A stretch of 44,670 nucleotides of DNA from Intoshia linei (lineage: Eukaryota; Animalia; Orthonectida). The stretch is from NCBI GenBank assembly GCA_001642005.1, contig LWCA01000173.1:1-44670 (forward strand), written 5' to 3'. Below, in pieces: positions 13,329-25,300 of this stretch; position 1 is the stretch's first letter; the number at the start of each line of letters is the position of its first letter. The notes under the pieces were generated by a model. The model had not been told where the DNA came from, did no database searches, and saw only the letters and a program-made list of their open reading frames with translations. Position numbers and translations under genes: made by a program.

Positions 13329-16300
13329 TTACATGAACATTAAAGCAAGGACCGTCAAAATAGCTACAAAAGTAGCCTTAATTTGGAAACTTACTGAAAT
13401 ATCTCCGAGGTTGCATTTATCAGTCTCACAACAACTTTCACAATTCTAATATAAATTAAATTTAAACTATTGATTTTTTACATGATTTGCACCGACACCT
13501 TTACAAAACTGTGTATTTTTGTTAGAAGGGTTACAAAGAATCGGGCTACATGTTCTTTTGACTGTTTTATTGGTTTCATCCGAAAAAGTCTAAACATGAC
13601 TATATTTGAAATTAAAATTTAACCATGCAATCTCCCGCGCATCCAGCTAAAGTGAAATTCATATTTCCTGTTGTACAGTTTTCTCCCTTGGCAGCATCAC
13701 AAACATAACAAGATTTCACTCCACACGTCAAGTTAGCAACGCTAGGAATGAAGGTAGCTGCGCATGTATCGCATTTTGGTAGCGGATCAATACAAATTTT
13801 AGTCCCAGCTCCACATTCTATATGGTTTTACAATTTAGACTAAAATAATGTTATTTACTTAAACATGCAGTTTTATCATCCTTCAAAGTATATCCAGTAT
13901 GGCAGTCACTGCATAATACGATATTTGTTACTGTTAGATTACAAGCAATACAATTGCTAATTACAGTATGACAATCTAAACACACTCTAGAAAATCCTTT
14001 TAAAAACTACCTTTGCATATTGGGGGTTTTTCCACAGTGTCCATGTAGGCAGTCGCTTTGCATATTTCGCATGTTGTAGGTGTCAAACAAGTTTTGCAGT
14101 ATTTTCCGCAATCTAAAATTCTTTTGCTAAAAATAAAATGCAATATTACCTTTGCATGACTTGCTAACAGCATCAAACAAAAAATTAGTGTCTTTACACT
14201 CACTACACGTATCGGCAGCGGCGCATTTCTTGCATTTTGGTGGGCAAGCTAGGAATATGTCAAAATATAAATTAGTTAATAATTAATATAAAATATACAC
14301 GAGCACTTATCGGCATTCAAAAAATAGTTACTGCCACATGTTGCACATTTTGTACCGTCCAAACAAGATATGCAGTTGCTATCACATACTAAATATATTA
14401 AAATAAAATTAAATATAATTGATACTTTTGCATTCATTAGCCGCTTTATCGTAAAACATGTTTATATTATGACATTCGCTACAATTGTCTGCAGCAGTAC
14501 AAGCTTTGCAATTAGTTGGACACTCTAAAATTTTTAAACGAATTATAAAAACTGTAAATTAATAAATCCAGAGATACATGCATTTTAAAGAATGTTGTTA
14601 AACTGAATTTTTTCAAATTTCTCTTTTCGTTTTTTTTAGTTAATGATGTCTGCAACTCCAAAAAGTTATTAGAATTGTAATCAAGTTTGGTCAAGTCGGT
14701 TTACTTCATGGTTAAACGCCCAAATTACCCAATGTTTTAAAAATGAAACATGTCTTAAAGTTTTATAAACATAAATTCTGGGATAGTTTTTAAAATCATA
14801 ATCATTATAATTATGATAAATGAAACCTCAAAATGTGCATTTTTATGACCAAAACCCAGATTGCCCTTTTATTAAAAACTTAAAATAGAAGTAAAACATT
14901 AAAAAAATTTACAGTTGATACAGCTATATCCAGCTAACCCATACAAAAAATTCAATCTGACAAAGTTCACCTTCACAGTCAAAAAAGCACTTTAATGTTC
15001 ATTTTTTATCTTTAAAACTATTTTAATAAAAAAATATGAAATGATATGATGCAAAATATTTTTATTTATTGAAAGAAGCTACTGAATATATACTATCAAA
15101 TTAAAAAAGAAAATATATATACTTAAAATTTTATTTTTTATGGGATTTAACCTTTTTATGACAATTTTTAGGATTTTACTGTTTTAACTTTATTTTTAAG
15201 ATTATACACTCATTCTCTCTAATAAATTAATAAAATGGGATCACAAAATTTTTCTCAAAATTCTTTGCACAAATATTAATATAAAATTAAGTGGGAGTAA
15301 TTCACTTTAAATTAAAAAATAATGTTAAATAACCCGTAAATGGTGAAACAAGTTTGGGAACCGCTCCTTTAAAAAATTAATAATAGTGACTACAAATTTT
15401 TAAGATGATTTTATTATTGAATTTATTTTTTAGGTAGAATTAAAAAAGTCCGCCCTCGACAGAGCTAGGTGCTGTTTGTGCGAAGTACCTAAAAGTCAAG
15501 CTAGTTATGTATATTTTAATCAGTAGTTAAAAAATTTTCAATATTACTTGTACATTTGGCTACATCCAAGAAATATGTTTTTGCACACACAGTGCAAGTT
15601 TTATCATCCACACATTCCGTACAATGACTTGAACAACCTAAAAATAATTAAAACCTCAATTAAGATAAAATTCATATACCTAGACAAACTTCGAGTTCGT
15701 GTTTCGGTATGCAATCAATACAGGTCACTACAGCTGGAACACCTGAATCAACGGTACATGTAAGACAATTGTTAGATGTAGCTAAGATAAAATTAAATAT
15801 TAATAAATGATAAACGTAATAATTGTTATAAAGTAATAATTTTACCGGTGCAAAGTTTATTCTGATTCAGACAATTTCCACTGCTACATTTTAAGCAAAC
15901 AGTAGCTGACTCACAGACGTCACAGTTTAGAGGACAGCCTTTAATTAAAAAATTATATTTAAATGTTTGAAGTGAATTTACTGTCGCAAGTGAGAATTGC
16001 AGTAGCAGTGTTTTTAAAATATCCAACATTACATTTTATGCAAATTGTTGAAGTATCACATGTTAGACAGTTGGCAATACAGGCTATAATGTTATATGTA
16101 TTTTTACTTATTATAGTATAATAAATATTAATAAATGTTTAACCTCCACAAGCTCCACTTGTTGGATCAGAATATTTATTCGTCTTACATGTGGTACAAC
16201 TGTTAGGCGCACTACACAAAAGACAATCGGTTGGACAATCTACAAACAATACAATTATATTGAGTAAAAATATATTTTTATATGATTTTTTACCGGTGCA

Positions 16301-19300
16301 AGAATTTGTAGCTCCAGTAACATAATATGTTCCATCATTACATTTTGAACATGTGAGGGCGTCTCCACATGTTGCACATTTTGTCATACAGTCTAAATCA
16401 ACATTTAATATTCAGTATCATGATGAATGATTAAACTTTTCATTCTACGTTTGTATAAAATAAATATATCACCTAGGGCTTGGACTATTTGGTCCACTAT
16501 TTAAATTATCCATTCAGAGATAATTTTTGATTAATAAATGTATGTTTTAATTAAAAAATGGGACCGTGGTAAACCGTAAAATTAAAAAATTAATAAAAGC
16601 CAAAAAATAGATATATTACATTATTTTATTATTTAATCTTTTTATGTATATCGGTATATCGGTAAAAGATTCATTATAGCTCATATCAGATGTTTATCCT
16701 GTTAAAGCGCCTGACGTCAGTTAAATTTTTGTACACCTGTAATTTATTTAATATTCATTTCTTTTTAATTTAAATGTGATCATGTAATTATTTGCTATCA
16801 ATTTCGTATATATTGAAAAAAAATTTAAATATCTCATTATATACTATAATTAAATTAAAAATTAATAAACTAAAATTAATTGAAATAGCTTAGTTGCTAT
16901 GATGTTGTCAATCATTATCTTTTGATAGCGAACTGTAAAATTAAAAAGAGAAGTATCATGTTGATCAGAAAAATTTCAGCTTTTTATTTGTATGGGTCTC
17001 ATGCAGATTCTCGAAAAAAGTTTTCATTTTGTTGTCTAGTGTAATCTGCTACGCGATTTTTGTTTGTGTGTGTGTTTTCCACTTTATTGAACTAACTACC
17101 AGTCTTAAAATTTTATAAAGTCCACATTTCAATTACAGTTTTTTCCGGGACGTATAATAAGATAAATTTCAACCTCCAATTTTACATCTTACAGGTCAAA
17201 CCCTGTTGTCTCTCTTTTTGAAGAGCAAACGAGTTGGAGAATTTAAAAAAATATATCAATTGTCCTTCTTTTTGAAATCAAACGAGTTGGAGAATTTAAA
17301 AAAAGTATAGTTTTTTTCGGGACATATAATAAGATAAATTTCAACCTCCCAATTTCACATCTTACGGGTCAAAAACCCCAGTTGTCCTCTTTTTGAAAAT
17401 CAAATGAGTTGGAGAATTTAAAAAAATATATACGCTCATATGGATTTTCAAATCATATACATTATTATGAATTTAAATTTAAAAAAATTTTATTTTCAGG
17501 GCCAAAACCCCAAATTACCCTTCTTTTTTTAATGAAAATAGCCCTAAAATTTAAAAAAAATTACAGGTGGTACAGTTGTATCCTGTTAACACACACAAAA
17601 ATTTCAATCAGAATAAGTGACGACTTTACTGTCAAAAAAGCATTTTAGTATTCACATATTTTTTTTCCGAAATATTTTATTAAAATAAAAAATGTAAAAT
17701 AATTAAGGGTCCGAAAATTAAAAAAAAAAATTATTCTCATAGAGCTTTATCCAGTTGATATAAATACAAAAGTTCAACCCAAGAAATCCACGCATTCCCG
17801 ATGAAAAATAATTTTTAATTAATATATTATCTATTATTATTATATATTATCAACCAATATTTTTCAAATATTTCGTTTAAAATTGTAGTGATATAATCAC
17901 TATGAGAAGTGAACTTTATATATATATAAGTGATAATTTAAATAATAAATTCTTCTAACTCTTTAAATTGTACAATCTTCCAGATTTCTTCGTACAATAC
18001 CTTATCGTTATAAAAATAAAAATTGCAAATGTAAATATTGATCCTAGAATTTCAAAAAAAATAAGTAAGTAAATAAAAGTAAAAATAATCGGCTCTATTT
18101 TTGCCAACTATGTTCAGAAAAGTTGTTCAAGATTCTAATTTGTATAGTTTTATATAATGACTACATGCAATATTGATTAATTAATTAAAAATATACTGTC
18201 ACATGATCCAGCAGAAGATCCTGCACCCGCAACAAAGAATCGTGCTCCAGTACAGGTATTACAGCCAATAGCGTCAGAACAAGAATCACAATTAGTTATA
18301 CACGCTATAAAATATTTATTTTGATTTAAATATAATTACTTGCACACTTAACAGTGGCAGTATCATCCCAAAAGGTTGGTTTAGTTCCAATAATAATACC
18401 ACACCTTGTGCAAATTTCGGCTGTAGTTATAGTGGCTAAAGTGAGAGCAGCACATGCTAAAATGTGCGGTATAAATATAAATCCAAAAAATAAATACGCA
18501 AGCATAAAATGTTTGTCGCATCGAAATATTTTCCAATGCTTGTAGTGGAACACTGATCACAAATAGCTACATCAGTGGAATAACATACTAAAAACGGTTT
18601 ATCAAAGAAATGTCAATAATCATACACACACAGGCCGACTCAGTTGAATCCCAAATGTAATCCTTACTACAGGTTGTGCAAACAGTTGCAGATGAACAGA
18701 CATCACAATTGGTACCACAAGCTTTAATTAAATATTATATATATTTGATATGCCCACCTTTGCATGTAGTATCCCATACCCATTTAAAGCATTGATTACA
18801 ATTGATTTGATTGGCACCCGTAGAGCAATCAGCACCTACAATGAAATGAATGTGATTTTAATATTAGTAACTTATGCACGTCCATGTATCTCTATCCCAA
18901 ACATAGCCTATTGCACAGGTAGCTCCGCTTACAGTACAACTTACGCTATTAGGCGGGCATGCTAAATTAATATTAAAAAAGTAAATTAATCAAAATAGAT
19001 AAATTACTGTAACAATCGGTGTTGAGCGAAATAAATATTTTAGAAGGGCATCCATTACATTTTTCTGCGTCATCCAGAGGTTGTATGCCACAAATGGTGG
19101 CTATATAGTTATAAATTATAATCAGTAAGTGTACAATGTGACATTACCTTTGCATTTATTTGCAGAGCTGACCGTTGTATCCCAATTGGTTGCAGGACAG
19201 GATTGGCATTCAATTATCGTAGTTATTGAACCAGGAGTAGCACATCCAGAAGCTAAAAATATATAAAATCGATTCACAGAATTTTCTACCGACTGCAACA

Positions 19301-22300
19301 TTATTCACAGTGTCGTAATATATACTTTTTCTTAGTGCAGCATAGCGATTTGTTGTTGCTTGTTTTAGTTCCACATTTACTAACGCATTAATAGCAGTAA
19401 TGTCGTTAGCTGTTATCACTAATGAAACAATTAATAATGCAAAATATATTTAAATTTTTAAAATAAATTATATACTAACCTTCACATCTTGGAACAACAG
19501 TTATTATTTTTACCTGACATGTACAGGTATCAGTGTATGGGTAGGAGACCACCGCGCATGTACTGTCTACAACTGCAGCAGAATTTATCCATTGATAATC
19601 AGCCAATATCCTGTTGACAACATTGATTTTAATGAGACTAGCAGCTGTAATAGGGCGAACACCAATAAAACCTATATTATTAAAAATATTAAATGCATTG
19701 ATGAAATTAATTTTCTAAATATTACTTGTGACTCCATCTGTTAATCCATAGCATTCATTGTTTGACAATGCTCCCGAAGCAGCAATACAACTGATAGCTA
19801 TTAATATAATATAATATAATACAGTTAAATATTTATATGCCATATAATAGTTAACGAATATAATAGTTTCCCAAATGTATCTATCAAACCCACCAAGCAA
19901 TTAATATTGAAAAAAACTCAATCTAACTTTGACAATTTTTGTAAGCTTCATAGCGCTAACCATAATCACATAAATGGAGACTAATGTTGATGTATATACC
20001 ATTTCACTCCAATATGGTAACAAATTAAAACCCATGTGATAACAATTAAATTCAAAGTGATAACACTTTATCAACATATCTTATACAATATGTATCACAA
20101 TATAAAACATTATTATCATTTTGAATGTTGCTATAATCACATCTATTCTATTTATTATTATTTTGAAAGTGACATTGCAATGCACAGTTCAGGCTCAATC
20201 TAAAAAATGTAAATGTTTACATTAGCCGCCTTCTTTGGGTTGGTATATTTGAATATAAGTGGTATTTATAATAAATAATTAAAAATAATTACTTTCAAAT
20301 AAGGGTGTTGCAGGTACAGTATTCCAAAAACTACCATAACACGATTCGCATATCGGTTGCTAAATTATATTATACATAATAAAATATATTAAATAATATG
20401 TAATTATTATTTAAAACAACAAAAGTAACCAGCAAGAAAGGTGGACAGTTTTTATTGCAATACAATGTATTAATAGCTTGATATTAGTTAACTGCCCAAA
20501 AAAGCATGGACTTTTGGCATTTAAAATAAATGCAATGCTATTTATCAACCATTTAATGACTATTTTGTTGTAATTTTAAAGGCAATTTTGTGATTCTGTT
20601 GTGATTAATTTTTTATATAATTATGAAGATTTTGCAAACAAAAAAAAGTAAATAGTAAATTGCTTTTAAACGTGAAGGCGTCACTTTGTGAAATTAAAAT
20701 TTTTGTGTATGTTAACTGGAAATAACTGTATTAGTTTTGATATTATTTTAAATTTTAGAATTTTGATTTATCAAAAAAATGAGTAATCTGGTGTTTTGAC
20801 AGTTAAAATGCAAGTTTTTGATCTTTACAATTGTAAAGTTTTTGACGGATTTATGTGATTCAAAATTCTCGGACTTTATTGATTTTATATAGAAGAATAA
20901 TTGTGTTTTTAATCGAGGTCTCAATTTATGATACTGAATTTCTGCATCACTGCCGAAAAACTGTATTATAATTTTGATTTCTTTAAATTCTAGTCTAGTA
21001 TTTTTTTATTGGGTGTCCAATAGACAGTGTCCACTTAAATTCAACCATTTTTATTTTAATCCAACCATTTTTACTGAAAATCAACTTTTACACACCCTTA
21101 AAAGAATAATCCACTTTTACCAACCTTAAAGGGAAAACCCACTTTTACAACCACTTTAGAGAAAATTTCACTTTTACATACCCTTAAGGGAAAAATTCAC
21201 GTTTACCAACCCTTAAGGGATTGATCAACTTATCAAACCCTAAAACGAAAAATCCAACTTTATCAATCCTAAAAGGTTATAACCTTCACTTTATTTTTTC
21301 GGTAAGGGTTGGTAAAACTGAATTTTTCCTTTAAGGTTTGGTAAAACAGGAATTTTCCCTAAAGGGTTGGTAAATTTTTATTTTTAGTAAAAATGGTTGG
21401 ATTTAAGCAAGGACAGTTTAAGTTAAATATAATAACGTTAATAAAAATTTGTGTAATAAGGTTTAAACTGATTTAAATTAAAATCGTTAGATTTTAGTAA
21501 AAATAGTAGCACGACCACAGATATTGAATGTTTTATAAATAAAAGGTATTGTAATGGTAATCGTGTTAATTAAATTAATAAGTTTCAATAATATATTTAT
21601 TAATTGGTATTGGATATATTGCTATTGGTCTCGTTATTTACAAAAAATGGTTCTCAATATAATCAATATTTTATTCTAAAATTCACTGAAATGGAAATTA
21701 TAGAATAACGTTTGTGGTGATCATTGATCAATAATATAAATTTCAACATCATCATTTCGTTAACCAGAAAATAATGAATATTTTTCTGTTGGCTATCGTT
21801 CTGGTGTTTTGAATAATGGCTCAGGTAGATATAATTCAAAAATAACTTACAGTTGTAGGATTTCCACATGTAACTAAATTATAAATTATATTATAATACA
21901 TGGTATATATAAGATATGTCTGGTATGATTACAGACTTGGACAAATTATATGTATTTACTAACTAATTACTAATTAAAAATTAAATTATATTGAAAAAAA
22001 TATTTTTAAATCGTTGTTTCAATTTATATATCAATCATAACTTGTGTAAATTTAGTTAACCGAACAGTTGTAGTTATTTCAGTACATAAGAAAATGATAT
22101 ATTTGTATAGATAAGAAAATTCAAGAGTTATTTATTAAAGTGTTATTAAATTATTACTTTGTGCGCATACAGGAGTAGCAGGAACAGTATTCCAAAACCA
22201 ACCTTCACAATTGGCACAATCATTTTGCGCTGTATTAACTGTACATTCAGCCGCTAAAAATAATATTTAGAAAATTAACTATAAATTGAATTCCCTACAT

Positions 22301-25300
22301 GCATTGTATTGAATTACAATAATTTATAATAATATTTAAGGGTATACTGTGCATCTGACAAGTAGTTGACCAATAATGCCCCAGAAATTTACATCCATTG
22401 CATTTTTCCTGGGTGTCGAGTGTTGCAGTATAACAATTAATAACTAAAATTATTTGAAAATGTTAAATAAAATGCCATACATGTGCACGTGCCACTACCG
22501 GCAGGATCCCAATATCGATTTAAACAAGCATTACATAGAGCTGGCGTAGATAAACTAACTATATCATTGCAATCAATAGCTAAATTATTATTGAAATCTG
22601 CTAAAGTGATACATACGTATACATAATGATGCTCCCGCATCCCATACATGACCGCAATGTTTTGCTTTGGTGGCATCCCAAGTGGTAGTAGTGGTACAAT
22701 CAACTAATAAAAATTAATATTTATTTATTATATTCTACTAATGTATTATTGTTTTATATTATATATTATCATACCTGCAGTACAAGTATTATGATTTAAA
22801 AACCATATTCTATTTTCACATGCTTCACACACAGTTTGAGAGTACGCTTCTACAGTTGAAGCTAAAGTGTTTAAGCAGTCATTTCCTGCAGTAGGTGCTA
22901 AATGTATTATTAATTAAAATAAATATAAGATAATGTATATTTTTAAACGTGTACCTGTACAAGCACCACCAGACCAATAATATCCATCACAGACATTACA
23001 TTCATTAATATTTGTTGGTAAAATTGTAGCGTACGTTGCACAGTCGTATGCTAACGTTAAATTGTATAAATATATTAATATAAATAATAAATAACAAAAT
23101 ATCATGGTATCGTATTATTTACTTTTACATTGTTGACTGTTTATAAAAACACCGCTCAATGCATATGAACCGGTAGAATCAGCACATCTTTCACACGGTG
23201 TTAATGTGGTAAGTAATGTTGTAGAATCACAAGCTAATAATAATCAAACATAAGAAATACTGAGTATACCACTGCAAGAAGCTACGAAATATAGACCCTT
23301 ACATTTATGACAGCTAGCACTTGTAGTTAGACTTGCCGGGCTTGTACTGTAAGAGGAACAAGCTAATAATAAATAATATATATTTGTATGATATAACCAT
23401 TGCAAGTAGTGGCTGCTGAGTCAAATGCAAAATCTGCTAAACAAGTATCCGCAGAACTCCCACCGCATGTTATAGCGCTACTACAAGATGCACAATTTGC
23501 CATACACTCTAAAAATTTCGTGTATCGGTACAATTTATTTAATTTAAAAAATATGAAATGAACGACTTACGGGTACAAACATTGCTTGTCCAAAAATGAC
23601 CAAAAGTGGCCGTTACACAACCGGAACAATTGATTGCTGATAATGGAACACATTCTTAATATAGATATAAAACTGTTAAAATTAATAAATTACTTCTACA
23701 GGTTTTATTATCTATAAGATATCCCGATATACATTTTGTACATCCACTTGATTGATCACAGAAACCAGATATACAATACACCCCACATGCTAAATATTTA
23801 TATGAGTATACCCGTATAAAGACTTACATTTGCATGTATTGGAAATTGAATCCCAATAGTAATCTTTTGTACAGGTAGTACAACTTTTTGTGGCTGAACA
23901 AATTAGACAACTTGAAGGACAAACTAAAACAAACTATTTAAAACATATGTAAATTCAACCTATGCACATATTTGAGTCTAGGTAATAGCCATCCATGCAA
24001 GATGTACACCAAGTTGGACTAACACATTTCGTACAGTAAGATGAACAGCCTGGTGAAATAAAATAAAATTTTTATATTTAAATTAACATAATTAACATGT
24101 AAATATAAATATATATTTATTCTTGTGAATTAAACTTACTGAAGCATTTAATGCCGTTTACTACACGATAATTACTTGATACGCAAGTATCACATGTCAA
24201 TTTATTTGCACAGATCCCACATTTTGGTAAGCAACCTAAAAGTTATAAAACATTATCATAAAGTATCAACTAGAGCATGCTTTCCCCACGCTATCAAAGA
24301 AATAACCAGTTGAACATTTTTTACCTAATTTTATATAAAATTTTAAATATAAAATTAGTACACGAATCTTTTAATGTACATTCGGTACAACTCGATCCGC
24401 AAGCTAAATTTTATTTAAAATAAATTTAATTTGACCAACTTTTGCAAGCGTACGTTGAATTGTCATAATAAAAATTTTTATGACATTTTAAAGACATTAA
24501 ATTTGGATTCGAACATGCATCACAGTTTGCAATACTACAGGTTGTCACCCCGCTTACTGCTAAAAAATATATATAAATATAGATAAGAGTAATATTCAAA
24601 AATATACACATAATGGTATGCACATTATCTTTCAAAATTGGCCAATAACAATAGTTTACTCATTAAATAATATACATTAATAATTAATGGAATGAAAAAA
24701 CAATAGATTCATTATTCGATTAGTGGTGTTCGTGAAAAGATAATTTGGTAATACATTAAAAAAAATCAATGTATTGATAACAGATTAATCTTATTTGCGT
24801 TTATGCAAATTAAGATTTATAATCTATTACATGGGTTCTTAAACTACGGGCCTTTATTATTTTAGCCATAAAAATTTATTTTAACCTCACAAAGACAGAA
24901 GAGTAAATGAATAATACTTATTTTATCCTAGTATATCTTTTTCCTTTTTATTCATTTTTAACGGAGAGGAGAGCAGAGTAGATTTTGCCTACCGCTGTGG
25001 GGTAACCTCACAAGGACAGAAGGATAAAATTTTATTATTTTAAAGCATTTTACATGTTTTCACATTAACATATGTCAAAAAAAGAAAATTTAATGATGAT
25101 TATATTCGTTATGGATTGATTAAAATAAATGATATTGATAAATCGGACAAACCACAGTGTTTTTTATGTTCAAAGGGTTTTCTAAATCAATTTGAAACCG
25201 ATTTTTAGCCATTTCATCTATAAATGTTTTGTTACTGTAGTTATAATCAGAGCCGTCTTAAGCCACTTCGTGGCCCTGGGCTAAGAAAAGGGTCGGAGGC

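Noticed and set aside
21080-21400. Regular ~29-bp repeats resembling a CRISPR array (also 8960-9260 and 39130-39400)
   Set aside because: Units are directly tandem and degenerate with no unique spacers, there are no cas genes, and the context is eukaryotic and intronic.
24882-25030. Imperfect ~27-bp direct repeat taacctcacaa.gacagaag about 120 bp apart
   Set aside because: Only two copies, internal to a hAT element; no evidence of independent function.
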